This document shows positions 1-16,447 of a stretch of 64,000 nt of DNA, piece after piece. The first letter of the stretch is position 1; the number at the start of each line of letters is the position of its first letter. The stretch covers positions 72,540,001 to 72,604,000 of the forward strand of contig OX597828.1 of the NCBI GenBank assembly GCA_951406725.2, in the 5' to 3' direction. The position numbers and the translations under genes are program-made. The stretch comes from Octopus vulgaris (Eukaryota). The notes beneath the pieces are model-generated. The model had not been told where the DNA came from and did not search any database. It was given only the letters and a program-made list of their open reading frames with translations.

Positions 1-324
1 CGACTAGTCCTCTCCCCCAAATTTCAAGCCCTATGCTTATAGTAGAAAGAAATATTTTTTTGTACGTCCCGTGATGAAGAAGTTGAGCAGAAATATGGCC
101 GTATGGTAAAGAAATTCACTTTGTAACTATGTTGTTTTAGGATCGATTCCATCTTGTGGAAGATTTTTTTGCAGAATTTTAAGGACATGAGTTTAGTGAA
201 CAGGAATACTTGAGTATGATTTATTAAGGAAGTAAGGGTCCCAAATTGAATAATATTGAAAGTCAGGCATTGGGTACTCATTGTTACACACCATGTTCAA
301 AGTGCTTGTGTAGGTATGTATGCA

Positions 325-789
<465 letters not shown>

Positions 790-1184
790 GTTCTTACTGA
801 ATCCTTCTTCTTCTATTTTGCAACACTTGTTATCGTAGCGTGACATATTTTCGTTTCCACGAACATTTCATCGGCAGAAAGGAAACTCTCAAGATTTTGA
901 CGTCGATCGTTGTATTTCGGGCGTCACCTCTGCTACCTTCTCCCATCCCAGTATTATGTCGAACCCAACGAGTAAACACTCTTATCTACGAACACATGGA
1001 GGCCATATCGTGCTGCGCTGCCAATCGCAATGTAGTGCACAGCGCGTAATTATCATTTTCATCATCATCATCATCATCATCATAATCGTCATTATTATTG
1101 TTGATGTTGTTGTTGTTATTGTTGTTGTTGTCGTTCTTGTTCTTGTCGTTGCTGCTGCTGTTCCTCCTACTACTTATTGTTATA

Positions 1185-1620
<436 letters not shown>

Positions 1621-1703
1621 AATTATGAAAAAGAGCAGTAAATCAAAGTGGTTTATTTGAATGCCATTTACTTATAAAACAAGATGAATTGTCGTCCATC
1701 TAT

Positions 1704-2149
<446 letters not shown>

Positions 2150-2417
2150 ATTTTGGTGCAGTCATTGTAAATATAATTTCCAAGAAAACAGAATTATTTG
2201 CACAGGAATTACTTTTATGATCAATACATTTTCGCAATTTGTTATGATGTGACTTATGAACAAATGAGAATGGTCGACAGCACAATCAACTGTTTTATTT
2301 CATGTTTGACACAAGGAACTTGTTCCATGACACAACATTCGATGTAATCTTGTTTAGAAGCCATTTTTCATAGCATGAATCAGTGAAATAATGGCAGCAA
2401 TAAGTAAATGGGTGAAA

Positions 2418-2676
<259 letters not shown>

Positions 2677-3265
2677 GGCGAACCTGGACGTCGACGAGGA
2701 GTACCTGACCCGCCTGTTCAGGACGACTTTCAGGCCAGGGCCCATGGACAACTTCCAGAGATCCCTGGCCTGGCAGTGTTACCGAGAAGCGCTACCCGTT
2801 CGGGATAAGCTCTACAGACACGGCTCGAGAAACACGGGGCCGACCTGCCCGAGATGCGGTCAGAGCGACGAAACCGTTCTGCACGCACTCGTGCAGTGTC
2901 CAACAATTTCCGACCTGTGGGCTTGTGTCGAACAACTGCTGTCACGTGTGGGACGAGTCGGTTTATCAGCTGAGTCTATCGTCAATATTGTCACACCTCC
3001 TTCCTTCAAACGGGAAGGAAGAGCTATTTTCATAATCCTTGTGGCTATGGCGAAAGAATGTATCTGGTGGACGCGTCTGAAAGGATTGGAGACAAACACT
3101 TTCCTCTCTGGTCAATCTCTCATCAACTTCTTCAAGTACCACTTGAAAAGGAAAGTGAGAGTAGAGAGGCAAGTTTTGTCTAGCGAATGTTTTAAAAAAA
3201 GATAGGTGAATGTAGCAAGGATGGCACGTATGAATGACGAAGCCACCATGAGCATAATCCTATGA
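2677..3265 (+). pseudogene. LINE ORF2 C-terminal remnant
   Basis: Open to TAG at 3203-3205 (probably TGG>TAG in F..RW); frame continues VNVARMARMNDEATMSIIL to TGA at 3263-3265. Confidence 0.8.
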
Positions 3266-3723
3266 ACCCAGAAATTGAAAACAGAGGGTTACCCACTTGC
3301 AAACAAATGTGGTAACATATAACAATATTGACCAAGGTTAACGTGGTCTTTTTCGTAGGCTTTTCTTCCCACGGATAAACCTTACTTGCTTTCCCCTTTA
3401 CACCATATATCATAACACTGTGATACACGATCCCTATTGATCGTTCCTTTTTTTTTCCTCTTCCCCTTTTTTTCCCCTTTTTCTTCTTTTTTCATTTCTC
3501 TTTTCTTTTGTTTCTTTCCCTTTCTTTTTTTTCTTTTATTCTTTTTATTTTTTCTTCTTTTTTCTTCTTTTTTTTCTTCTATTTTTTTGTTCTTTTCTAC
3601 CCTTTTACGATCCCTCTTGATCGAAAACCTACGCCACCCCCTTTTTTTTCATCCCCCAAAAGAAAAGCTCTACCTTGTAACTTGTCCCATCTGTGTGCAG
3701 CCCTGTGTGGCCAATAAAGAAAC
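2677..3723 (+). mobile_element. 5'-truncated Tx1/L1-clade non-LTR retrotransposon (ORF2 C-terminal zf-RVT region plus 3' UTR) inside (TATC)n
   Basis: Translation has W...ALPVRDKL...CPRCGQSDETVLHALVQC (CCHC zf-RVT) and AKECIWWTR, typical of Tx1-type ORF2 ends; T-rich 3' UTR; AATAAA at 3713-3718; same-strand TATC arrays on both sides. Confidence 0.88.
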
Positions 3724-3919
<196 letters not shown>

Positions 3920-4659
3920 GATAAATGAACTGTATTACATAATTGCCATTACTGTATCGATAAATAAAATAACTCATACAACTCATTTGTTATTATCATA
4001 TAATAAACAAACAGAAGTTCGTGTATGAAATCCACCTCTTTTCTACTTCAGATATTACATGTTTTTCTCTAACAAAATACACACATACAGGAGGAGTTTC
4101 CTACTTCCCCGATCAATGTCCACTTTCTATGGAGGTCTTTTCAATTTCTCGATTCCTACTCAACAAGTATATGGATCTTCGTCGTTTTCAACGATGGGTA
4201 TTCATTTATTCGACCAACGGAATCGCTTGCCCTTTGAACTAGCCTCTAAATAGCTGGGGTATTCCACAGTCACTCGTATACTTGACAACACTTTCGGGCA
4301 GAAGGAGCGCCATATGCCTTGTATGGCAAGACTGGATCTTTAACTGTTGGGTTCAACCACTTTCATAAGCTTCGGCGCGGTTTCTCTCTAGCTGGTGTAA
4401 CTCCCAATCTGAAGTTGATCCGAAGCTCTTGTCAACTTTACGAAAACTAACAAAACAAACATATGTCGAGACGATCACAGCTGGAATCGCTTTTGATTAT
4501 AAGCCTCCATGACTTGAGGTTAAACCACAACTTCTTAAATTTGTGCTTCTCCTGTATATTTCTATTTTGTGAATGTAATGAGGTTCATAAGGTTAGGCAT
4601 AGCTATTTTCCCGTGTGACCCCGCCGCGCGGCTTCGTTTTTGCGGTGTTGCACTCACAG

Positions 4660-4900
4660 TTGCTAGGCCATGAGTTCCTTGTGTTCTTGAGCAAAACACT
4701 TCATTTCATTTTGCTCCAGTCCATTGAGCTGTAAATGGGTAACTCTGCAACGGACCAGCCTTCCGATCGAAGGCAATGTTGGCCTGTTCGCCTAGCCAGC
4801 CGGATGGCATCATTCGAAAGCTAAAAAAACGATGCAAAGCGCATTGTTACTAGCGATCCATTACAACATCCGCTAGTCGGATCGATCACCTCATCACATG
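4660..4900 (+). mobile_element. degenerate SINE (family C)
   Basis: TGTGTTCTTGAGCAAAACACTTCATTTCA..TTGCTCCAGTCCA..AGCTGTAAATG resembles the body of the copy at 62575-62893. Confidence 0.6.
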
Positions 4901-6175
4901 ATCATATAATGGCGACACACGGTCAAGTTTACAATGGCCCCCTTTTCTATGCATTTATATCGTGTCAGTGTATTGAGGTTTATAAAGTTGATTAGAGCTC
5001 GCTGCTCTATATTTGCACCATAGTGTCAAATTGTTTATCTCTCTCTCTCGTGTATTTGTGAAATTGTGCCAAATTGACTCTAATTTTCCCTTGTATATAT
5101 GTGCCGACGTGGTTAATGAACAAGAACAACAACAACAACAACTACAAAACAACAAATCAATATTTCGTTTCGCCCAGTGATAGACATTAGTTTATATTTT
5201 AGTGGGAAAAGAAAATGGAATCATATATCAATTTACGCACTTTGTGTGCTGAGATCGATTCTTAGAATTGCCTCGTATCTGACAACAACGCCAAATATTT
5301 AACACACTCTCCGTTCATCCATCTTTTCCTAATTTTCTAGTTTTCTTTTTATAACATTTTCGAATTTTTACTTGATTTCAATCTCGGAATATTTTCGTCA
5401 CTCATTCGGTTACCTTTGTGTTCAAATGTTTGGTTCAAGTGCTTTAAATAAAAATTTGTAGTGGTAATAAAAATAAATATAATGTATCTGTGAGTGTATT
5501 TGATAGTAGGCGGCACCGTTAGTGACGAAATAATTTAAATAGTAAAGAAAAGTGGGGAAGGTCATGACATCTGGTTCTTATGAGTAGTGATGGTGGCAAA
5601 AATGAAATGAAGTACAACTCTTTGAATTGAGAACCGACTTTGAGACGCTGTTCCTATTCATGCGAAGCGTGCGTATTGCTTCCTTTGTGATTCTTACCAA
5701 TTAAGCCACCAAAATTATATTTATTCTATTGCCAGACCATAAATTTACAAATGTCTTTCCAGTGAATCACTTAACCGTCTGCCTGCTTTCAATATCGTCC
5801 AGTTAACGAGGAAATGAGTGTTTTTCTACATTGGAAAATCGCCAGAAGCGTAAAAAAAAATCGACCTATTAAAAACGATGGTTTATAGTTTTGGTTATGA
5901 ACTGGGCCTAGCAATTATTCATGTTAATAGCATTGTTGTCAGTATATTGTTTAAATATCTCTTACGAACATTTAACATTGTGAGAGGAAAAATATTGATT
6001 ATATTTAAATATCGGCCTAAAAAATGTGATTTAAATGAAAAAGAAAATAGTACGTTGGGATGTTTATGCATCTCTACCGAATACAACTGGAAATGGAAAA
6101 AAAAAAAACATCCGTTTCCTGCTTTACTGTCCTAGTTCTTGTATATGCATTCTCCGGTATCCAATAATAATAATG

Positions 6176-6241
<66 letters not shown>

Positions 6242-6269
6242 GTAATAATAATAGTAATAAATAAAAAAA

Positions 6270-7022
6270 AATATACGAAGCCCAATATACCCATCATGAC
6301 TACCCGTCTGATAAGGTACACCAGACACATGCATCACAACCATATGTACGCGACATGGTGATCTCATATCAAGATAAACAGCAGATGACACTGCAGGTGG
6401 GGTCCAGTTAGAATTTTCTTCAGGTTGAGTAGCCTATCCCGCTCAAAAGGTCCCTGAATAAGGGTTGTTTAAGGATGTTGAAAGAACCACTCTTGTTTCC
6501 AGAGGTGAATCATTCAAACCCCAAAGAATCCCTCTCAACACATGGCTATGATGCTCCCCACTACTTCTGCTCGTGATCAGAGATGCACATATCGTCAGCC
6601 ACTAAGGGACATGCTCAACTGGTTACGGTCAAACAACTGACAAGCAAATCTGTGGTATTGAGCAGAATATTTGCTGTAGCCCATCTTTTATACCAAGACA
6701 AAACAATGTACATGATAACACTTCCAATCAGTTAAGATCAGAAGCCATGAGAGCCACTGCCTGGTACTGCATCCTTAAACAACCCTTATTCAGGGACCTT
6801 TTGAGCGGGATGGGCTACTCAACCTGAAGAAAATTCTAACTGGGCCCCACCTGCAAGGTCATGTACTGTTTATCTTGATATGAGATCACCATGTCGCGCA
6901 CATATGGTTGTGATGCATGTGCCTGGTGTCCCCTTATCAGACGGGTTGTCATGATGGGTATACTGGGCTTCGTATATTTTACCTCAGTGTCATTTTGATG
7001 GCATGAACTGCTCTCTCACTCA
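6270..7022 (+). mobile_element. non-coding fold-back interspersed element with about 208-bp inverted arms, embedded in (AAT)n
   Basis: 6270-6477 is the reverse complement (high identity) of 6770-6980; right arm extends about 40 bp further into an AAT tail. Confidence 0.8.
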
Positions 7023-7038
7023 ATAATAATAATAATAA

Positions 7039-7069
<31 letters not shown>

Positions 7070-7138
7070 TGATGATGATGGATGATGATGATGATGATGA
7101 TGATGACAATAATGTTGATGATGATGATAGTAGTAGTA

Positions 7139-7202
<64 letters not shown>

Positions 7203-7205
<3 letters not shown>

Positions 7206-7659
7206 TCCAGGGCTAATCGTCCAGACATAATTATTAAAGACAGGGAAGAAAACCCTTGTAGACTAATAGATCTAAGAGTTCCCCCTGATAAAAATATATC
7301 TGTCAAGGAATTTGACAAACTAGGTAAATATAAGGAGTTGGAAATTGAAATACAAAAGATGTGTCATCTAAAAACGAGAAATGTCCCTGTTATTGTAGGT
7401 GCCCTAGGTATGATAAAAAAAGTGGTGTCAGAAACATCCAGATAAGATCCCAGGAGAACCATGTCTCAGAGAAATCCAAAAGATTGTGCTGACAAGTACT
7501 GCCCACATCCTTAGAAAAACCCTATCCATTTAAAACTCTGTGTTGTATCACATGAAGATATTTCACTACCCAACTCCCCAAGCTTTCAGGATCATCTCTC
7601 ATCCTTCACTCGCCCCAGGACACTCGGTGTGTCTCGGCAAGTGACTGTAGATTCAAAGC
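7203..7659 (+). mobile_element. 3' fragment of R4/Dong-like non-LTR retrotransposon (restriction-like endonuclease) in (AAT)n
   Basis: Translates NRPDIIIKDREENPCRLIDLRVPPDKN...KLGKYKELEIEIQKM...VPVIVGALG, a frameshift in an A-run, then IQKIVLTSTAHILRKTLSI* (TAA 7531-7533); PD..D..K.KY RLE signature; short 3' UTR; AAT on both sides. Confidence 0.88.
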
Positions 7660-8264
<605 letters not shown>

Positions 8265-8276
8265 TTAATAATGATA

Positions 8277-8480
8277 ATCCTTTTTCTTACAGGCAGTTTG
8301 GCTGAATTTTTAGAAGAGGGAACTAGCCGATTGTATTGAGCCCTAGTGTTCAACTGGTACTTATTTTATCGAACCCGAAAGGATGAAAGGTAAAGTTGAC
8401 GTGGGTGGACTTTGAACTCAGAACATATAGACTGATGCAATGTTGCTAAGCCTTTTGTCCGGCATGCCAGTTCGGCGTTT
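8277..8480 (-). mobile_element. degenerate SINE (family A)
   Basis: CTGGTACTTATTTTATCGAACCCGAAAGGATGAAAGG core. Confidence 0.75.
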
Positions 8481-8552
<72 letters not shown>

Positions 8553-8555
8553 AAT

Positions 8556-8617
<62 letters not shown>
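8481..8617. repeat. (ACT)n microsatellite
   Basis: Direct reading. Confidence 0.95.
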
Positions 8618-9589
8618 TGAAAATGTTCAAAATATTTAGCAGGTTTCTGGAAAAAAATAAACATGTATTGAAGACAGACATATTTTACAAAAATGAAAAA
8701 AATAAATAAGTAAATAGAAAAAAACAATAACCTCTTCACAAAAATGTGAATTATTCATTGTTGCATGAGTGGAAAAAGTTTAAAAAAGAAACTTTTCAAG
8801 AGGAATTCGTTATTATTATTCCTTATTCCTCTTTGAGTGGAACACTGCTTTTTTGTTTTGTTACCACTCTGCGTAGTTTATGCCAGATATCAATATCTTA
8901 ACACGTACCCAGTTTTATTTGATTCTAAATCATTCACAAATTTTGTTGGTAAAATTGTGAACCCATTTGGAGTTTTAAAAAAAAACCATTTTAATAAATC
9001 AATAGTGTTTTATAGTTTCGTTTATCATTTTCTATTCTGTCGGCTATGGGTTTGTCATGGTCGTTCTAAGTAATAGCTCGAGTTAATGTGAAATGCTTTC
9101 TGTTCTATATTTTGTATTAAAAATTTGAATTATCGAAGAAGACGAAATAAAGTTTTCTGATCTTCGACAACAATTTCATTTCAAGAAGGTGAAAAGGAAA
9201 ACAAGAAGCAACAGAATGGAAGTTAATATCAGCTAAATGTCAGTTCAGTTCCGTTGAAATACTTGACATTCGAAAGTCGAAGCTTCACACGGTGTAACAC
9301 ATGTGTTCTCAGATATACTTAGACCTAAACACAATCATATGTGCACACAACCATACTTGCATGTTGTTTTTATAAAGTTGATTCGTCAACTTAACTTTGT
9401 TGTGCAACGCTTGCGAGTTTGGATAACGTTTGTATGACGTGAGAAGAAGAGGAAATTGGACGTTTTGGGGTGGGTAGTTCACGTATGAGAGAGAGGAGAG
9501 GAATAGTGAGAGAGAGAAAGAAAGAGAGACAAGAAAAAAAGAAAGGAAAAGCTAGAGAGTTCGACAGACGGATAGATAAATAATTAGAT

Positions 9590-9591
<2 letters not shown>

Positions 9592-9624
<33 letters not shown>

Positions 9625-9808
9625 ACAGAGAGATGAAAAGAAAGAAAGGTAGATAGAGAGAGAGAGGCAGAGAGAGAGAGAGAAAGAAAGAGAGAGAAAC
9701 AAAGAAAGCTAGAAAGCTAGAAGTCAGATAGATAGATAGACAGCAAAAGAGAGAAAGAAAGCTAGATAGAAAGACATGCGCACACAGATAAACAGAGACT
9801 GACTGAGA

Positions 9809-9873
<65 letters not shown>

Positions 9874-10052
9874 GGAAAGAGAGAGAAAAATACAGATCTA
9901 GAGAGAGACAGACAGACGCGGGGAAAGAGAGAGATAGAGAGAAATAGATAGACAGATACACAGAAGGAGAGGTAGAGAGAGTGAGCTAGAGAGAGCTAAA
10001 AAGAGGGAAAGAGAGAGCGGCAGACAGACAGAGAAAGAACAATGGAAAAATT

Positions 10053-10087
<35 letters not shown>

Positions 10088-10271
10088 ACAGAGAGATGAA
10101 AAGAAAGAAAGGTAGATAGAGAGAGAGAGGCAGAGAGAGAGAGAGAAAGAAAGAGAGAGAAACAAAGAAAGCTAGAAAGCTAGAAGTCAGATAGATAGAT
10201 AGACAGCAAAAGAGAGAAAGAAAGCTAGATAGAAAGACATGCGCACACAGATAAACAGAGACTGACTGAGA

Positions 10272-10334
<63 letters not shown>

Positions 10335-10540
10335 GAAAGAGAGAGAAAAATACAGATCTAGAGAGAGACAGACAGACGCGGGGAAAGAGAGAGATAGAGA
10401 GAAATAGATAGACAGATACACAGAAGGAGAGGTAGAGAGAGTGAGCTAGAGAGAGCTAAAAAGAGGGAAAGAGAGAGCGGCAGACAGACAGAGAAAGAAC
10501 AATGGAAAAATTTAGAGAGAGAGAGAGAGAGAGAGAGTAA
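9592..10540. repeat. tandem duplication of an approximately 460-bp GA-rich unit
   Basis: Landmarks GCTACAGAGAGATG (9622, 10085) and AATGGAAAAATTT (10041, 10501) recur with near-identical sequence between them. Confidence 0.92.
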
Positions 10541-12289
10541 GAAAGCGAGAGAGAGAGAGGGAGGGAGAGATGTGTATATGGCGGTGTTGGAAGTATATCT
10601 ACTGGAACGAAAGAAACCTTGTTTACATTGGTTTTTCAAATTGTTGAGGGGCGACGAGGCGCGAAATCACAACGCAGGAACAGTGATCGTATGGCAGCCC
10701 TTGTGACCTTCTCTCCCAATTCACTTCCTTCAAATATGACCTTTTTTTACCGACTCCGAAAGGATTGAAATTTAAGTTGACCTTCACGGAATTTGAACTC
10801 GGAACGCATTGAATCGGAACAAGTAACGTGAGACATTTTATCCAATACTTCCACGACTCATCCAAACGAATAGTGTATTACAGAACTGCACAAAGTTGGC
10901 AATAAATGTCGCCTAATCGCTGTCTGCCCACACCCGGCAAACTCACACCTTAAAGAAAAGCAACAACAACATTGCAAAGATTGACCTTACTTTCAAAGGA
11001 CAAAAATGTTTCAGCCCCGATAGACGTTAACTTTCTACAAAGTATCAATGAAAGCCACAATGAGTCACTGTTCTTCATATCTGGGGCGGTGTTGGTTCTT
11101 CTTAAACAAGTATCTTATACTGCAATGTCCCCTCAAATGACTCAAATGGACATTTGGTCGTTTAACATGAAGTCACTGACTAACAGATACATTCCAACCT
11201 CTGGCCCATAGACGTGCTGAGGTTCCTCGCTGCCCTTCCGATCGCTACTACAGCGGCCTGTGCTTCTTGGCACTATCTAGTCTCGTGTCACTTCTAAAGT
11301 ATTCTCGACTCACTAGCCTCTCCTAGTCTCATTGCCTTATTGTGTCTTTCTAGGACCCCAATCTAACCAATAATCTCTACGCTCAATCATTCCCACCGAG
11401 AACTTCATCTCTCCGAATCCCTCTCGGCCAATGTGTTTATCGACGGGTCATCGATTTATATTCAATGTGATTGGCGTCACACAAGTCACATGGAAATCAC
11501 CAACCTCGGAAGACAGTACAGGGGCCAGGGACACATTTGCTTCTCAAAAACAATTTATTAACAAAAAAAAAACAAAGGTAGTGAAGCCATTTGAATAAAA
11601 TATTTCAAGTGCGTCCTATAAAGAGGTTAATCTCGGTGAGATGAGTAATGTTTGTGAATTCATGTTGTTGAAAGAAACCCCTTTATTATACTCACTTTCA
11701 AAGGATATTTACCAGACGTCTGTTCATGGAGGCAGTTCAAATCCGTTATGAGGCGTCTTCTGATTTGGCTGTATGTGAAATATGGCAGCGTAATGTGATT
11801 TATATAGTTTGTATGTTACGTAGCATCAAAGAATTCGTTAACTTACAGAGGGAAGAAGACACTGACAGATATATAACGGAGCACCAGATATAAGGCAATT
11901 GACAGAGCATGAATTAGAGAAATGGTGCGGTCTGACAAATATTCCTTATCCAAGCCATAAAGAACGAATGGATTCCTTTGGCAGGTAATTTATTCTTATT
12001 AGATTTTGCGAAGATTTTGCTTAAGTCACGGGCATAAATATTATTTGTATTCAATTCTCAAGATGACGCTACAGAATTTGTGGTTTATATTATCCTTGAG
12101 ATATTCCAAATGGATGAGATAATGAGGTGATAGGTTGCCAAAATCTAAGAGAATTATTTAGAGTGTTTACGTTTGACTGATATTTGTCCTCATCTTATTT
12201 GTTGTTTCGGTTGATATGCCCTCCAGCCTTCACCAGGAGTCTTGGGGGAAATTTCGAACCTTGGTTCTCATTCCTAAGGTATTTTTCGG

Positions 12290-12407
<118 letters not shown>

Positions 12408-12483
12408 TAGATCACAACCTGGAATCGAACTCGGGAATCTTGTGGTTCGTAGCCCGCGCTCTTAACCACTACGCCATATGTCC
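12408..12483 (-). promoter_or_regulatory. tRNA-derived head with Pol III A and B boxes
   Basis: A box TGGCGTAGTGG (12476-12466) and B box GTTCGATTCC (12430-12421) at tRNA-like spacing; no intact acceptor stem. Confidence 0.8.
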
Positions 12484-12508
12484 ATGGGTATATAATAATA
12501 ATAATAAT

Positions 12509-12570
<62 letters not shown>

Positions 12571-12625
12571 CAACAACATCGAAAAATATCTTAGGAATGA
12601 GAATCCTGGTTCGAAATTCCGCCAA

Positions 12626-12671
12626 GACACCTGATGAAGGCTGGAGGGTATATCAGCCGAAACGTTGTGTT
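12626..12671 (+). ncRNA. minimal type I hammerhead ribozyme motif (Penelope-like)
   Basis: GACAC-CTGATGA-A-GGCTG(loop)CAGCC-GAAA-CGTT-GTGTT: stem I GACAC/GTGTT, stem II GGCTG/CAGCC, palindromic ACGT stem III, predicted cleavage after GUU (12666). Confidence 0.72.
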
Positions 12672-12973
12672 AACAACAAACAAGATGAGGACAAATAACC
12701 GTCAAATGTAAATAAGGTAAATAATGCTCTCAGATTTTGGCAACCTATCACCTTATTATCTCATCCATTTGGAATATCATACAATGCTTAAAAACGAGAA
12801 GGCTTTACATTGTGGCTTTGTTTATTGAGGGCAGGGCGTAGGGGAGGTTGGTTAGGTATCTTTCGGAGACAAGGTGCTTTTCCTACAAAATTGATGGCTT
12901 TTTTGAAAAGATGAATACTAATTCAACAAGAAAACAAAGCAAAAATAAAAATGAAAATAGTGAGCGGGCTCAC

Positions 12974-13474
<501 letters not shown>

Positions 13475-14076
13475 TATAGTAATCACAAAATTTCTCGGTT
13501 TAATCGATCTATTTGGAAATCGATACTTAATCAGTAATGATGATTATAGTTATAAATATCGCCCCGAAAACCAGATAGGAGGCGAGAAACAAACCTAGCA
13601 AAGCAACAACAAAACACACCGGGTTTTACTTTGATGAAATTTCCAAAAGAACCGACAAAGGTTTCGTTACAAAACAACAATCGCACATTCAGCGCAGGCT
13701 TGGCTTCCTTCATCCTTTTCATTAAATTTACTTGAAATATAACACGTGACCACATTCTTAGTGTTATTGCCAAAATCATCGAAAGTTCAAAGGAATAAAT
13801 TTACAAGATTAATATCACTCGAAATATGTCTGGATAGCTTTTGAATTAAATATCAATTAGAATGGTATTGTTATCAGCATTCTATGATATGGAATATCAG
13901 AGGCTATAGAAATGCGCTGCCATGGCTTTATCCGACGAGTCTAAATGATGGATACACACATGCAAATGTCTCTTGGCTTCTTCTCTATGTAAAATCTATT
14001 TAGGTATTCATTAGACGACGCTGTATTCTCAGTCAATATTTTAGATTCCGTATTATCTCTTAACACCTCTGTGTGT

Positions 14077-14129
<53 letters not shown>

Positions 14130-14222
14130 CTGGTCTCTTACCATTTCTCCTATACATGCAAACACTCGTACGCGTACACAAACGTAACACCACAGCACAT
14201 TTATATATGTACATATATATAC

Positions 14223-14322
<100 letters not shown>

Positions 14323-14431
14323 GTATATATAATATATATAATATATATAATATATATAATATATATATATATATACATATTTATATATGTACATATATAT
14401 GTATATATGTGTGTGTATATATATACGTACA

Positions 14432-14465
<34 letters not shown>

Positions 14466-14743
14466 CATACATACACGCACACGCACGCACACACATATAC
14501 ATACTCGCACATATGTACACTTGGCTTTGTCAACGTCCTGTACTCACAGCAAACCTGATGCTCAGACGAGATTTGTTGCCACCGATGTGTACAAGAGAAG
14601 TCATTGAATAAATAAACAATAATAATCGCCAAACTGAATAAAAAGCCATTCTATGCCACAGAAGCATTATTAGAAGAGCCACGATTCCAGAGATGGTGAT
14701 TTTACCATCCAATAGCGTTTCTATGGCATATAACAGATAAAAC

Positions 14744-14778
<35 letters not shown>

Positions 14779-15256
14779 CATGTACATACGTATGTGTATA
14801 CATCATATATAATATATATACACGCATTATATATATGTATATAGTCCATGCACATTATATACATATATGTTAATATATGCTCTTTTACTCTTTTACTTGT
14901 TTCAGTCATTTGACTGTGGCCATGCTGGAGCACCGCCTTATATATTTTTACCAGACAAAAGAGACACATATTCACTCTTGCTTACAAAGTTCTACTTCGA
15001 TGAATAAATTCTAAATAATAACAGAACACTAAATTTAATCAATAAAAAATTCTCCAATACGCTTCTCCATAACAATCCACCTAAAACCTAATTACCGCTT
15101 CCTCTCAAACTGACATGCTCAAGGAAGATTTTGATGTCAACAGAGACTATATAGAACCAAGATTAACTTCAATATATCACAACCCGACGTTGGCTTAACT
15201 GTCCGACACTTCGAAGTTACTGTTAATAATGTTCTTGTTTAAGAATTAATAATTAT

Positions 15257-15673
15257 TGACTGTGGCCATGCTGGAGCACCGCTTTTAGCCGAACAAATCG
15301 ACTAAGGACTTATTCTTTGTAGCCCTAGTACTTATTTTATCGGTGTCGTTTGCCGAACCGTTACGTGACGAGTCGTAAACATACCAGCATCGGTTGTCAA
15401 GCGATGGTGGGGGGACAAACACAGACACACAAACATACACACACGCACACAGACACACACACACACACACACGCGCACATATACATATATGTATATACGT
15501 ATATAAATATGGCAGGTTTCTTTCAGTTTCCGTCTACCAAATCCACTCACAAGACTTTGGTCGGCCCGAGGCTAAAGTAGAAGACACTTGCTCATGGAGT
15601 CACGCAGTGGAATTTAACTAGGAACCATGTAGTTGGGAAGCAAGCTTCTTACCACACAGCCACACCTGCGCCT
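15257..15673 (-). mobile_element. tRNA-derived SINE (family B, internal TA/TG microsatellite)
   Basis: Reverse complement of GGCGCAGGTGTGGCTGTGTGGTAAGAAGC...GGTGCTCCAGCATGGCCACAGTC; matches 46071-46483. Confidence 0.88.
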
Positions 15674-16194
15674 TATTTTATAGACTCTGCCGTCGTTAAC
15701 CGACAGAGGGCTCTGTAATTTCTTACTGGCCAACTGGAGGCTTTCTTTATAGTGATCACATCAGCTCACTGGCACGGGTGTGCCAGTGTGCCACGCGTCA
15801 GGTGTCGAACTGATTGCATAGAACTGAAACGAAGTGTTTTGTTGATGAAGGCGACGTGCTTCCCAGTTAGGGGATCGAAACCACGACCTAGCGATCACGT
15901 GGGCAACAACCGAGTCATTCGGCCATGCATGTTCACTTATGTAGGTATGTGTGTATGTATGTATGTATGTAACCTTTTGGCTCTTATTGTTTCAGTCGTT
16001 GGACTACGGCCATGCTGGGGCACCGCCTTGAAGAATTTAGCCGAACGAATCGACACCACTACTTATTTTATAAAGCCTGGTACTAATTATATCGGTTTCT
16101 TATACCGAGCAGCTAAGTTACGCTGACAAAGACAAACCAACACCGGTTGTCATGCGGTACTGGAGGCAAACATACACACATATTTATATGTATA

Positions 16195-16246
<52 letters not shown>

Positions 16247-16290
16247 TGTATATATATATATGCATTTGTATATGTATATAAATACATATA

Positions 16291-16415
16291 TATATTTATA
16301 TATATATTCATATATATCTATATATATATACGTTTATATATATATACATTTTATATATATATATATAAAATGTATATATATATAAACGTATATATATATA
16401 TAGATATATATGAAT

Positions 16416-16435
<20 letters not shown>
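16291..16435. repeat. AT-rich palindrome
   Basis: Interruptions mirrored about 16359: TTCA/TGAA, ATCT/AGAT, CGTTT/AAACG, CATTTT/AAAATG. Confidence 0.8.

Positions 16436-16447
<12 letters not shown>

Noticed and set aside
12408-12483. Functional tRNA gene (also 37610-37680 and 62820-62893)
   Set aside because: A and B boxes are present, but acceptor stems are not intact and each continues into a repeat body, so they are SINE heads.
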